A stretch of DNA of 64,000 bases from Bacteroidota bacterium (GCA_025963715.1 JAOQAG010000008.1:23907-87906), one strand, 5' to 3'. Positions 8,552-19,364 are shown, numbered from the stretch's first letter. The notes: a model not told the origin generated them from the letters alone. A program made the numbers and translations.

Positions 8552-10108
8552 GTGAATAACGAACTGATTATTGATGTTACTCCATCAGAAGTTGTTATTG
8601 CACTTTTAAACGATAAACGTTTAGTTGAACTTAATCGCGAAAAAAGCAATAATAATTTTTCTGTAGGCGATATTTATCTTGGGCGCGTAAAAAAAGTAAT
8701 GCCCGGATTAAATGCTGCCTTTGTGGATGTAGGATACGAAAAAGATGCGTTTCTGCACTACCTTGATTTAGGCCCGCAGGCGGCATCGCTCAATAAGTAC
8801 ACAAAGCTTGTACAAACGGGCAAACAAACAACTTCCAACTTAATGTATTTTAAGATGGAAGACGATATTCAAAAAGATGGTAAGATCGGGAATGTGCTCA
8901 ATTCCAACCAGCAGATCCTGATCCAGATCGCGAAGGAACCTATTTCTACAAAAGGCCCGCGGATTACCACCGAGATCTCTTTAGCCGGACGCTATTTAGT
9001 CCTGATCCCTTTTGCAGATAAAGTTTCTGTTTCCCAAAAAATAAAGACCACGGATGAGAAAAATCGTTTAAAGCGATTGATCCAAAGCATCAAGCCGAAA
9101 AATTTTGGTGTGATCATCCGTACTGTTGCTGAAGGAAAAAGTGTAGCCGACCTGGATGCGGATCTGAACGATCTGGTAAAAAAATGGGAAAAATGCTACG
9201 AGAATTTAAAAACTGCTCAGCCACCATTTAAGGTATTGGGTGAGATCGACCGTACATCGGCGATCCTGCGCGATTTACTGAATGCCAGCTTTAACAGCAT
9301 TCATATTAATGACCAGGCTTTGTTCGAGGAAACAAGAACATACCTGCAAACCATTGCCCCGGATAAAGAAAAGATCCTGAAATTATACAAAGGCCCGGTT
9401 CCGATCTTTGATCATTTTGGTGTTGACCGCCAGATCAAAGGTTTATTTGGGAAAACGGTGACGATGCGCAGCGGTGGTTATTTAATTGTGGAACACACGG
9501 AAGCCTTGCACGTAATTGACGTGAACAGTGGAAACCGTGCAAAATCCGACAATAACCAGGAAACCAATGCGCTGGAAGTGAATCTGGAAGCTGCAGTTGA
9601 AGTTGCGCGCCAGTTGCGTTTACGCGATATGGGCGGAATTATTGTGGTGGATTTCATTGATTTACACTCAGCGGATAACCGCAAGCTTTTATTTGACAGG
9701 ATAAAAGAAGAAATGTCGAAAGACCGCGCGAAGCACAACATTTTACCTCCAAGTAAATTCGGATTGATCCAGATCACCCGTCAGCGTGTACGCCCGGAAA
9801 TGAATGTAGTGACCGTTGAAAAATGTCCTACCTGCGGCGGAAGCGGCGAGATCCAGGCAAGTATTTTATTGATGGACCAGATCGAAAACAATTTGCGTTA
9901 TATTTTAAAAGATCAGAACGAAAAAGATGTTACGCTATGTGTACATCCTTATCTGGAAGCATACATTACCAAAGGTTTTTTCTGGAGTTCGCTGAAAAGC
10001 AAATGGGCGAAAAAATACGGCAGCAAGTTTAAAGTGCGCTCTGTTTCTTCCTACACATTTATGGAATACCGCTTCATGAACAAGAATGAAGATGAAATAA
10101 AGATCTAA
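8552..10108 (+). CDS. rng: Ribonuclease E/G family
   Basis: GDIYLGRVKKVMPGLNAAFVDVG, IDVNSG, QLRLRDMGGIIVVDFID, CPTCGGSG. Confidence 0.95.
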   Translation: MNNELIIDVTPSEVVIALLNDKRLVELNREKSNNNFSVGDIYLGRVKKVMPGLNAAFVDVGYEKDAFLHYLDLGPQAASLNKYTKLVQTGKQTTSNLMYFKMEDDIQKDGKIGNVLNSNQQILIQIAKEPISTKGPRITTEISLAGRYLVLIPFADKVSVSQKIKTTDEKNRLKRLIQSIKPKNFGVIIRTVAEGKSVADLDADLNDLVKKWEKCYENLKTAQPPFKVLGEIDRTSAILRDLLNASFNSIHINDQALFEETRTYLQTIAPDKEKILKLYKGPVPIFDHFGVDRQIKGLFGKTVTMRSGGYLIVEHTEALHVIDVNSGNRAKSDNNQETNALEVNLEAAVEVARQLRLRDMGGIIVVDFIDLHSADNRKLLFDRIKEEMSKDRAKHNILPPSKFGLIQITRQRVRPEMNVVTVEKCPTCGGSGEIQASILLMDQIENNLRYILKDQNEKDVTLCVHPYLEAYITKGFFWSSLKSKWAKKYGSKFKVRSVSSYTFMEYRFMNKNEDEIKI

Positions 10109-10129
10109 TTTTATAATTCGATAATTTGG

Positions 10130-10157
10130 AATGCCCCGGGAAACCGGGGCATTTTTT
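10130..10157 (+). terminator. Rho-independent terminator
   Basis: aatgccccgg-gaaa-ccggggcatt followed by a T run. Confidence 0.8.
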
Positions 10158-10169
10158 GTTTTTGGAAAC

Positions 10170-10793
10170 AGATATTGGATGTTAGATGCTAATTTTATCG
10201 CTTACGCGAGTGATTAAACAATTAAAAAAATCTATCGCAGGCGCGAGTGTCCCACTCGTGCCAAACTATTGCAGGGCGTCCCGCCCTGATAGATAATAAG
10301 AATACCCGACACATAAAACAATTAAAAAACCACCACATAAGGCACAAAGAAACACATAAGACTGGTTTGTAACATACCAACGTATAATTGAACCACAAAA
10401 GAAACAAAAGAAAAACAAAAGGCGGAAGTGTAACATTCCAACGTGCAGCTTTGACACACAGTTTTAATAATTCTGCCAACTATCGCAGGCGCGAGTGTCC
10501 CACTCGTGCCAAACTATTACAGGGCGTCCCGCCCTGATAGATAATTAAGAATACCCCACACATAAAACAATTAAAAAACCACCACATAAGGCACAAAGAA
10601 CCACATAAGAGGATCATGTGACATACCAATGTTTATTTATGTATTTAACAGGCCTTGCCTTATGTGCTCCTTTGTGCCTTATGTGGTAGAAAAAACACGT
10701 TGTGCGACACACCAGTATTACACACACAGTCCAACATCCAATATCTAAACATCCAATATCCGTTTGAGATTGTTTCGGGCGAAAGCCCTGCAA
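10170..10793. repeat. Intergenic repeat mosaic containing a ~150-bp direct duplication
   Basis: ctatcgcaggcgcgagtgtcccactcgtgccaaact... at 10232 and 10480; bounded by inverted gatattggatg/catccaatatc motifs; degenerate half GTCATTGCGAG element at 10765-10793. Confidence 0.8.
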
Positions 10794-10853
10794 GAAATCC
10801 TCAATTTTTTGTATCTTAGTTTATAATTTACTCCTTGTACCCAACATTTGATC

Positions 10854-12839
10854 ATGAAAAAAATATACATCCTCGCAGCACTGCTGTTTATTGCTATTAG
10901 CGGATTTGCGCAAACTGCTCCCAATACGGCTTTTGCACACAGGGCATTTCCACAGGAAAAAATTACTGCTGAAATTAAAAAAGCATTTGAACATTCGTCA
11001 GCAGCTCCTGCTTCGGCTACAACTGCCGTTAAACCGGATGGAAAAAGCAATTCCGGGCAAGCGATCCGTAAAATGGATGAGGTAAAAAAAATGAACTGGA
11101 ACCGGTACAAACATCCGGGAACAAGCCGCTCGCTGGACACGGTGTATGTTGGCGTTGTGCCACACGATACACTGGTGATCACGGGAACGTATAACCATAC
11201 CGGACCGATCTTCGTTTTTAACGATGGCGTGCTGATCTTTTATAATGCTACCGCAACCAATTATGGCGATGTATATCTGTTTGAACACGGACGATTGCTG
11301 GGCCTTAATTCTTCACTGACTTTTCCGCAAACTTATTTTTACCAGCGCTCGCTGATCGTGGTGCAAAACGGATTGGCATACTTTAATAATTGTTCGTTCA
11401 ATTACAGCGGCGTGCAGCACAGCTTAGTGGTTGGTGATTCCGGAGCGGTAGGAATGGAAAGTGTTCATCAGGCCGACTGGACCACAGCCGGTTTATACGG
11501 GCATGCTACGATCCAGATCCATGGCCTGAACCTAGGCGGCGAATACATCCTGGACGATAGCAGCACATCTGCGTTCAGCAACGTGGATACACTTTTATTG
11601 TGGCACCAGCTGCCGAATACTGCGGTGATCAATTATGCATTTCCGCAAGGCGATACAGTGATGAACTATGCCTTCAACAATACCGTTCCGGGTGTGAGCG
11701 GCATTCAATACAACGTAAATGTGGATAGCTGCCATACGGTTTGGTGGGCGATGATGCCGGTAAACGGCTCCAATGTGACCATTTCCAATTCCAATATCCG
11801 GGCCATCGGAACGTGGTTCCAGTATGGCGATACGGCCACAGCGAATGGTATTTTTGATAATACATTTTATCCGAATGTGGTGATTCCGCTCTCCGACAGG
11901 AATTTACACCTACTCAATAGCTTTGTGCAAACCTGGAATTTGTATGTATTTGATTCGTCGCAGCTTAACATTACCAATTGCACGGTGGGCGAAGTGGGAA
12001 CACAGCAAAAAGCAAGCATTTATTCGCAGCAATTTTTACTGGACGGCTCGGGTGGTTATTTCTGGGCAACGGATACAAGTGTGATCTTTGGCTCCGGTGT
12101 TACGATATACTCGACAGCGCGGAGTGAGCGGACCGGCATTTTTATTCTGTCGTACAGCGATTTACCATTTGCGCCGGTTTCGTCTATTGGCACCAGTTTA
12201 ATGATCTCGGTGCAAAATACGCAACCAACCGATCCCACTCCGTTTGATGGCAGCATCATGTGGCTGGAAAATATTGAATCGCCTGCAACTACGCATGCCG
12301 ACTCGATTGTACCGGTACGCGGCTCTGCCTGGATCGATCAGGGACCTGCGGGAAGCTGGATGGATTATGGCAGCTATAGCTTGTATTACCAGCTGCAGGG
12401 CGATCCGGCATGGACACCAATTGTGATCGATTCCACGATAGAGATCCGCCACAATGTGCTTGGGATGTGGAATACAACCGGGCTTATTGCTGGAAATTAC
12501 AATGTGCGTTTGCTGGTAAAAAACGATCTGACCGATAGCGTGGAAGATATAAAAGTGGTAACGGTGTTGCCGGGCGTAAGCACAGGATTGGCAAATACTG
12601 ATTTGTTACCGGTAAGTATTTATCCAAATCCCGCTTCGGACCAGCTGATGGTATACGTTCCGGCAAGCACTGCAAAAACAGAGATCCGCATTTATAATTT
12701 GCTGGGTGAAAATAAAATCGTGGAAACGACAAACCGCTTACAATCCTTTGTAAATGTAGCAAACCTGGCAGCCGGTGTTTACACGATCGAAGTAAAATGC
12801 GGAAATAAAATAAGCCGTCAGAAATTTGTGAAACAATAA
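10854..12839 (+). CDS. T9SS type-A cargo protein with a probable beta-helix core
   Basis: Signal peptide; CTD SIYPNPAS..IYNLLG..GVYTIEV..QKFVKQ; repetitive beta-strand-like core. Confidence 0.85.
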   Translation: MKKIYILAALLFIAISGFAQTAPNTAFAHRAFPQEKITAEIKKAFEHSSAAPASATTAVKPDGKSNSGQAIRKMDEVKKMNWNRYKHPGTSRSLDTVYVGVVPHDTLVITGTYNHTGPIFVFNDGVLIFYNATATNYGDVYLFEHGRLLGLNSSLTFPQTYFYQRSLIVVQNGLAYFNNCSFNYSGVQHSLVVGDSGAVGMESVHQADWTTAGLYGHATIQIHGLNLGGEYILDDSSTSAFSNVDTLLLWHQLPNTAVINYAFPQGDTVMNYAFNNTVPGVSGIQYNVNVDSCHTVWWAMMPVNGSNVTISNSNIRAIGTWFQYGDTATANGIFDNTFYPNVVIPLSDRNLHLLNSFVQTWNLYVFDSSQLNITNCTVGEVGTQQKASIYSQQFLLDGSGGYFWATDTSVIFGSGVTIYSTARSERTGIFILSYSDLPFAPVSSIGTSLMISVQNTQPTDPTPFDGSIMWLENIESPATTHADSIVPVRGSAWIDQGPAGSWMDYGSYSLYYQLQGDPAWTPIVIDSTIEIRHNVLGMWNTTGLIAGNYNVRLLVKNDLTDSVEDIKVVTVLPGVSTGLANTDLLPVSIYPNPASDQLMVYVPASTAKTEIRIYNLLGENKIVETTNRLQSFVNVANLAAGVYTIEVKCGNKISRQKFVKQ

Positions 12840-12900
12840 TAATTGCCGAAAGTTTATATTGTAGATCCGCCGTTATTTTATTGACTTTTTTAATCAACTT

Positions 12901-12991
12901 GTCATTGCGAGGGCTTTTCGCCCGAAGCAATCTCATTCTAGATTTATATACTGGTGTGAGATTGCTTCGGGCGAAAAGCCCTCGCAATGAC
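12901..12991. repeat. ~91-bp palindromic REP/MITE-like element, GTCATTGCGAG family
   Basis: Perfect inverted arms gtcattgcgagggcttttcgcccgaagcaatctca / tgagattgcttcgggcgaaaagccctcgcaatgac. Confidence 0.9.
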
Positions 12992-13247
12992 GTTTTTAAA
13001 AATAATTCCTTTTTGTGAATATAAGTTTCGAATACTCATTTAATAATAAGTGTGTAAATTTTCCACACAAAAATAATTCCCTCCGTTTAAACCACTGTCT
13101 TTATCCGTTGTCATACGAGCGGATAAAGACAAAATGAGCATGTTCTTCTATGAAATAGCAGAGTACTTCTATTTCAGTTTTTAATACATGTTTCATGTAT
13201 GATCTTTATAAAAATTTTATCTGTAAAATTTATTTTAAGATCTTTCT

Positions 13248-13943
13248 ATGACAGTTATTTCACATTCAAAAAAATTAATTTTCATTCACAATTATAAAGT
13301 AGCGGGCACCAGTATTGAGTATGCGCTCCGCCGTTACGATAATAAAACATTTTGGAAGTCGGGCCTGAAAGATCAGTTGGCATTCCTTACCAACGCTTAT
13401 CCTCCGGTTTATTCTTCTGAATTTTCGCCGCACATTACAGCTGCTGATCTGAAAAAAAATTTACAGTATGAATTGTTCAGCAAGTATTTTAAATTTGGTT
13501 TTGTGCGCGATCCATGGGACTGGCAGGTTTCCATGTATTCTTATATCTTGAAAACAAAAGAACACCATCAGCATGAGCTGTTAAAAAGTATGAACAGCTT
13601 TGATGAATTTATTGAGTGGCGCATCCATGAGGATTTTCATTTGCAAAAAGAATTTTTTTATGATGAAGAGGGGAAATGCCTGATGGATTACATCGGGAAA
13701 TTTGAAATGCTTGGTGCCAGCATGAAAAAATTATTCGATATGTTTGGGCTTGATGCCGACCTGTTGCATTTGAACCAAAGTCGGGAAAATACAGATTATC
13801 TGCATTTTTACAGTCAGCGCTCAATAGACCTTGTTGCCGAGGCTTACAGGGACGACCTCCTTGCATTTGGTTATTGCAAGCCGGAGCTGGCCGGTAGAAG
13901 AAAAGCCCCTGAATATGTTCACATTGCGGCAAATTTGCGCTGA
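13248..13943 (+). CDS. Sulfotransferase family 2 protein
   Basis: FIHNYKVAGTSI (5'-PAPS-binding motif), FVRDPWDWQVSMY, DYIGKFE, Y..D...FGY. Confidence 0.88.
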   Translation: MTVISHSKKLIFIHNYKVAGTSIEYALRRYDNKTFWKSGLKDQLAFLTNAYPPVYSSEFSPHITAADLKKNLQYELFSKYFKFGFVRDPWDWQVSMYSYILKTKEHHQHELLKSMNSFDEFIEWRIHEDFHLQKEFFYDEEGKCLMDYIGKFEMLGASMKKLFDMFGLDADLLHLNQSRENTDYLHFYSQRSIDLVAEAYRDDLLAFGYCKPELAGRRKAPEYVHIAANLR

Positions 13944-13994
13944 AATTTCAAAACCGAAACTTTCCTTATCTTTACGTAAAATTTTAAAATACGT

Positions 13995-14633
13995 ATGAAA
14001 AAACTTCTACTCCTTTGTAGTTTCTGTTTTGCTTTTATGGCAACAAAAGCGCAAAATCTGAACTGCGGCAATTTTTGTATCCTCGGCATTACTGTTGATT
14101 CCACCACGCATGAAATGAATGTAACTATTTACAACGGCGATACCCTGCAGGTGAATTACCCGGTGGTACAAGTGGTGAACGCAACAGGCGATACTGTTGG
14201 AAATATCGACGGACAATTTTATTTATTTGCACAATTAGCGGGAGATACGGTGGTGCATACCATTCCAACTACGATCAACAGCGCAGCAGGCTTTACCGGC
14301 CTGGTTTACCTGAGCAACGGCGGCGATACAACAGCGGCTTGTATGTTCTCTTACCCGATGACCTGCACCGTAGGGATTCACGAGCTTTATGCAGCCAACC
14401 GCATCAACGTGTATCCAAATCCTGCAACAGATAATATTACCGTGGATATTGAAAAATTAAACAACAAAGAAGCGGTGATCGCGATCTACGACATGACCGG
14501 AAACATGATCCGTTCATACACTACCGCCAGCAATCAATTAACGATCAACCGCGATGGCTTAAAAAGCGGAATGTATTTTATAAGTGTTACAGCGGATAAC
14601 AAACGTTATACAAACAAGCTGATCATTCAGTAA
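13995..14633 (+). CDS. Small T9SS type-A cargo protein
   Basis: Signal peptide; VYPNPATD..IYDMTG..GMYFISV..KLIIQ. Confidence 0.88.
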   Translation: MKKLLLLCSFCFAFMATKAQNLNCGNFCILGITVDSTTHEMNVTIYNGDTLQVNYPVVQVVNATGDTVGNIDGQFYLFAQLAGDTVVHTIPTTINSAAGFTGLVYLSNGGDTTAACMFSYPMTCTVGIHELYAANRINVYPNPATDNITVDIEKLNNKEAVIAIYDMTGNMIRSYTTASNQLTINRDGLKSGMYFISVTADNKRYTNKLIIQ

Positions 14634-14652
14634 TTTATTTTTTGAAACAAGG

Positions 14653-14681
14653 AAAAGGCTCAACAGTGTTGAGCCTTTTTT
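14653..14681 (+). terminator. Rho-independent terminator
   Basis: aaaaggctcaac-agt-gttgagcctttt. Confidence 0.8.
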
Positions 14682-14748
14682 ATTTCCAAAACCTTAGAAA
14701 TCATTTAAACAAAATCTTGCATTAAAAAAATATAGGTTTACCTCTACC

Positions 14749-15140
14749 TTTTACTTTTTGAAGGCAAAAAGTAACAAAAACCTTTTCTGCCTGTAAGGTA
14801 ATTTTTCCTTCCGCTGCCGCTACAGGAAAACCGCGGTTAATTTCGCGCATACGGTTGGTCACTTCGTAACTATGACTTTTCTGGCGCTTATTCCCGCTAT
14901 TACTGAACAGGCCGAAATAGTCTGCAGAATGAGTATCCTATTGTTTTTTTTAAATTGGCAGCAGAATGTTTGAGAAGCGGAGCATGATTTTAATTCACCC
15001 CGATCCGAAGGGAGTACGAAAAAGAAATTCAGAAGGGCGCGGTGGCCAGAACAAGTAGCGGGGACGCGTCAGGTGGTGTGTAGGACCGATGGCTTGTTCT
15101 TGAATTTTTTGTTTCTTTTTGTTTCAAGACAAAAAGAAAA
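14749..15140. mobile_element. Non-coding ~390-bp MITE-like element with inverted hairpin ends
   Basis: Left end ttttactttttg-aagg-caaaaagtaacaaaaa is an imperfect reverse complement of the right end ttttgtttctttttg-tttcaaga-caaaaagaaaa; GC-richer interior; no ORF in the track. Confidence 0.55.
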
Positions 15141-15279
15141 GAGAATGAAATGAAGCAGCATTCGATTTTATACTTCTAAGGATTCAAACAAAAAACTACA
15201 TTTTACTAATGCAAAATCTAAAACAAATTGGCATCGCAAGATTTTTGTTTTAAATTAGCTACAACCAAAAAACATCCTC

Positions 15280-17784
15280 ATGAAAAAGCTGTACACTTTA
15301 TTCATACTTCTCACGTTTGCAACATCTGTTTTTTCACAACCCGCCAGCTGGAATGCCCGCGGAATTGGCGGAGGCGGTGCTTTGTTTTCACCGAGCATTA
15401 ATCCGGGTAACGGCAATGAATATTACATTTCCTGTGATATGAGTGAGCTTTTTCACAGCGTCGATTTTGGACAAACCTATTCACAAGTAAATTTTCAACA
15501 GTTTACAGGCGGGCACAATTCGAAAGTGTGTTTTACCGCCACTCCTCACCTGCTCTACTCGATCAGTTATATCAACGATGTGGGTACACCCGTAAAAAGT
15601 AATGACAATGGTTTTAACTGGACCGCGCTCAGCGGAAATCCGGATGCAAGCGAAGACGTAGTTACTATTGATGTAGATTATAACAACCCAAGCCGGATTA
15701 TTATTTCCACGTATGGCGCCATTTATTTTTCGGGTAACAGTGGCGTTACGTTTACACAGTTCCACACTGCCGTGGACGGCGGCGCAGGAAATGTGGTAGG
15801 CGGCGTTTTATTTGATTCCAATAATATTTATGTCGGAACCAACGATGGCGTGCTGGTTTCTACTAATTTCGGCACCACCTGGACAATTGCAGCCTTGACC
15901 GGAATTCCATCTTCCGACAGGATCTGGAGCTTTACAGCTGCTAAAGTTGGTGGCGTGGTACGTTTTTATTGCCTCACAGGCAATGCTGCTGATATTTATG
16001 TGGGTTTACAGGGTTCCGATTATTATGGCTTTTGTACCGGAATCTATTCCTGTGATTATTCATCTTCTACTGCATGGGTGCTGAAAACAACGGGAATTAA
16101 TTTAAGCTCTGATTTCCCAATGTTTATTGATATGGCACAAAACGACCTGAATACGGTATATCTAGCGGGGAGCAATGATAATTCGGAACCGATCATTATG
16201 AAAACCACCAATGCAGGCGGCATGTGGAACCATACATTTTTAACGGCATCCAATCAGAATATAATTACCGGCTGGAGCGGCCAGGGTGGTGATCGCGGCT
16301 GGAGTTACGGCGAATGTCCGTTTGGATTTGATGTATCTGCAACCAATTCACAGGAAGTTATTTTCGGTGATTTCGGATTTTGTCATAAAACAATTGACGG
16401 CGGCGCAACCTGGCAGCAGGCGTATGTGAATACAAGCGGGCAGCATCCGGCGAATGCAGCAACACCGCCTAATCAAAGCTATACCAGTATTGGTTTAGAA
16501 AATACTACCTGTTGGCAGGTGAACTGGCCGGATGCAAATAATATGTGGGCCTGCTATTCCGACATTCGCGGGATCCGCAGCACCGACGCCGGAAACAGCT
16601 GGTCGTATAATTATACAGGTACAACTGCCAACTCCAGCTACAGGCTTGCGAAAAGTACAACAGGAAGATTGTACATGGGTACTTCCAACATCCACGATAT
16701 GTACCAGAGCACGCGCTTGCAGGATGCACAGCTGGATGCAGCGGATGCAAATGGCAAATTGCTTTATTCGGATGATAATGGCGCAACCTGGCTGAACATG
16801 CACACGTTCGGGCATTCTGTTTTTTGGGTGGCGCTGGATCCTTCCAATTCAAACCGCGGTTACGCAAGCGTGATCAATTATGGAGGGGGCGTTGGCGGTG
16901 TGTATCGCTGTAATAATTTATCGGCACTGGGAAGCTCCACCTGGACGCAATTACCTGCTCCGCCGCGTACAGAAGGACATCCGGCAAGCCTGGTGGTATT
17001 GAACGATGGAAAATTAGTGGCAACCTATTCCGGCAGACGCGATGGAAGCAGCGCATTTACTGCCAGTTCCGGCGTTTTTATTTATGATCCGGTAGGCAAC
17101 TCCTGGGCGGATGTTTCGGATGCGGGTATGCATTACTGGACAAAAGATGTGGTGATAGATCCGAATGATGCCACGCAAAACACCTGGTATGTTTGTGTTT
17201 TCAGCGGTTGGGGCGGCCCACCCAATGGCTTGGGTGGTTTATACAGAACAACAAACAGGGGAACCAGCTGGACCAAATTAACAGGCACATCGCTCGACAG
17301 GGTAACTTCCTGCACCTTCAATCCAAACAATGCAAATGAATTGTATATCACAACAGAAACGCAGGGCTTGTGGAGAAGTGCTGACATCAATGCTACAAGT
17401 CCGACCATTTCCCTTGTAGGAAATTATCCTTTCCGTCAACCGGAGCGCGTATTTTTTAACCCGTATAATACTACTGAAATGTGGGTAACCAGCTTTGGCA
17501 ACGGAATGAAAATGGGTACGCTGTTAACCACCGGCGAAGTTGAATTTGCAAATGAAACAGTGTTTGAAATGTATCCGAATCCTGCAACAGATGTTTTAAC
17601 AATCACAACGGATACAAAAAATCCGGTAGTGGAAATTTACAATGTGCTGGGTGAAAAAGTTGGAGGGTACCAAATCACAACTAATAAAAACGAGATCTCC
17701 ATTGCTGATTTAAAAAGCGGGATTTATTTTGTAACGCTGCTGGTGGATGGAAAGAGAGTGACGAAGAAACTTGTGAAGGAATAG
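15280..17784 (+). CDS. T9SS type-A cargo protein with BNR/Asp-box beta-propeller (GH74/VPS10-like)
   Basis: Many SxDxGxTW repeats; GIGGGGALFSPSINP; CTD MYPNPATD..KKLVKE. Confidence 0.85.
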   Translation: MKKLYTLFILLTFATSVFSQPASWNARGIGGGGALFSPSINPGNGNEYYISCDMSELFHSVDFGQTYSQVNFQQFTGGHNSKVCFTATPHLLYSISYINDVGTPVKSNDNGFNWTALSGNPDASEDVVTIDVDYNNPSRIIISTYGAIYFSGNSGVTFTQFHTAVDGGAGNVVGGVLFDSNNIYVGTNDGVLVSTNFGTTWTIAALTGIPSSDRIWSFTAAKVGGVVRFYCLTGNAADIYVGLQGSDYYGFCTGIYSCDYSSSTAWVLKTTGINLSSDFPMFIDMAQNDLNTVYLAGSNDNSEPIIMKTTNAGGMWNHTFLTASNQNIITGWSGQGGDRGWSYGECPFGFDVSATNSQEVIFGDFGFCHKTIDGGATWQQAYVNTSGQHPANAATPPNQSYTSIGLENTTCWQVNWPDANNMWACYSDIRGIRSTDAGNSWSYNYTGTTANSSYRLAKSTTGRLYMGTSNIHDMYQSTRLQDAQLDAADANGKLLYSDDNGATWLNMHTFGHSVFWVALDPSNSNRGYASVINYGGGVGGVYRCNNLSALGSSTWTQLPAPPRTEGHPASLVVLNDGKLVATYSGRRDGSSAFTASSGVFIYDPVGNSWADVSDAGMHYWTKDVVIDPNDATQNTWYVCVFSGWGGPPNGLGGLYRTTNRGTSWTKLTGTSLDRVTSCTFNPNNANELYITTETQGLWRSADINATSPTISLVGNYPFRQPERVFFNPYNTTEMWVTSFGNGMKMGTLLTTGEVEFANETVFEMYPNPATDVLTITTDTKNPVVEIYNVLGEKVGGYQITTNKNEISIADLKSGIYFVTLLVDGKRVTKKLVKE

Positions 17785-17928
17785 TTCAAAGTTTAAAGTT
17801 TGAAAGTTCAAAGTTTGCTGTGTAATGCTGTGTGTTTTACCGCAGAGGACGCGGAGAAGGCGCAAAGGCCGCAAAGAAGTCAAGTCCAAAATGCGGTATG
17901 ATAAATGGGACGCTAATCTCTCGTAACC

Positions 17929-17957
17929 CTGTTATCCCGGGCCTGACCCGGGATCTG
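17929..17957. repeat. REP-like palindrome, GTCATCCCGGG family
   Basis: ctgttatcccgggcctgacccgggatctg. Confidence 0.75.
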
Positions 17958-18005
17958 TTGTTTAGAAATAGTTCACCGGTTTGTTTTCTTTTGCGGTTAA
18001 ATTTT

Positions 18006-19364
18006 CTACGGAAACAACACGCCGTTACATTCCATACAATTAACCGTAGGAATCACCGAGCTGTATTTGTTGTTGATGGCTTTTATAAATTCATTCGCGA
18101 TCAGCGCGTATCCTTTTTGATTGGGATGATAACCATCCAGGCTCAGGAAACCACCGGTAACAAATTCGGCATTAAAATCCGCACCGTCCCAGATAATTCC
18201 GGTTTTAACGCTTGCCATAAACGAATGCATATCTACCAGCGCTAAATTATATTGCGCTGCTTTTTGCGCGATCACCGAATTGTAACTGCTGATGGCAGCA
18301 TCAATGGCGTATACTTCTTCACTGTCGAGTACATAACGGTCGTTGATGGTATTCACGAGCAAGCCGTACTGCTGGCATTTCATCGAATCTACAGGAGTGG
18401 AAAGTGTAATGTATTCGCCACTGTGCAGCTGGCGGAAACCACCGTTTGCATTTACATCGTCGATCACAAAACCGTTGCGGCCTGCATGAAAATTAATTTG
18501 TGTCAAGCCTGCCGGTTGGTATACATTGTTCAGATCATCCGCTTGTGATTGCGTGATGTCGGCATTGTCCCAGGCCACCAATGTGTAATAAGGAAAATTC
18601 CGGAAATCAGGAATGTTGGCGATCACACCTTTTGCGCCGTTAACGGTAAGTCCTTGTAACAACGAATCAAGATACATCGAGAATGCGGAAGAAGATGGGA
18701 TCGGTGCACTGGTACCACCGCTTGCCGCGAAATTAAAAATGTCTTCCATACCAACCCAGGCTGTAAAAAAAGTAGCATTCTGCTCTTTCGCATCCGAAAA
18801 AACAGTGGATGTTCCGGGTGTGCTGGCAATGCGGTTATAGAATGGATTTTTTTGTGCTGCAGCCGAAGAAAGATCTCCAAAAGCCGGATTAAAATAATCC
18901 GCAATGTTTGCATACGGCACTGCAAAATTCTGGATACTGTTGCCCGCTAATCCGCTCAGATAAGGAACGGCAGCCGATCCGGAAACAGTGCTGCGTAACG
19001 GAAATAAAGAAGAAACGCCCTGGCAATCGGTTTTATAACCTAAATGGCTTGCCGTGATGTAAAGGCTTTCCCAGGTTTTATCATTCAATCCCAATCCTCT
19101 GTCATCGGGCATCATTACCTGGTTAAAAGCGGTGCCGCCAACCAGTTTAAATTGTTCGGCAAGCAAGGCAGGGATACAATATTTTTGTCCTTTCTGGTAC
19201 AAGGCGCCATCCTGGTAACCGGCCATAAAATCGCCGCCGACGGCAATTGTTTTGGTAAAATTGGCATTACCGGCTTTTGGTTTTGGAACATCCAGTTCGG
19301 GAGTGCAGGACGAAATTAAAAATGTGGAAAGAAGGGATAGAAATAAGGTAGTTTTTGTTGTCAT
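18006..19364 (-). CDS. SGNH/GDSL-like lipoprotein
   Basis: ISSC lipobox; IAVGGDFMAG block I (atypical); SLDGYHPNQKGYALIANEFI block V. Confidence 0.75.
   Translation of the reverse strand: MTTKTTLFLSLLSTFLISSCTPELDVPKPKAGNANFTKTIAVGGDFMAGYQDGALYQKGQKYCIPALLAEQFKLVGGTAFNQVMMPDDRGLGLNDKTWESLYITASHLGYKTDCQGVSSLFPLRSTVSGSAAVPYLSGLAGNSIQNFAVPYANIADYFNPAFGDLSSAAAQKNPFYNRIASTPGTSTVFSDAKEQNATFFTAWVGMEDIFNFAASGGTSAPIPSSSAFSMYLDSLLQGLTVNGAKGVIANIPDFRNFPYYTLVAWDNADITQSQADDLNNVYQPAGLTQINFHAGRNGFVIDDVNANGGFRQLHSGEYITLSTPVDSMKCQQYGLLVNTINDRYVLDSEEVYAIDAAISSYNSVIAQKAAQYNLALVDMHSFMASVKTGIIWDGADFNAEFVTGGFLSLDGYHPNQKGYALIANEFIKAINNKYSSVIPTVNCMECNGVLFP

Noticed and set aside
10222..10479. Small ORFs within repeat mosaics (also 12484..12987, 17832..18245, 32692..32955, 41504..41953)
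   Set aside because: Translations of palindromic repeats or antisense overlaps; the shared peptide MRGLFARSNL simply reflects the repeat.
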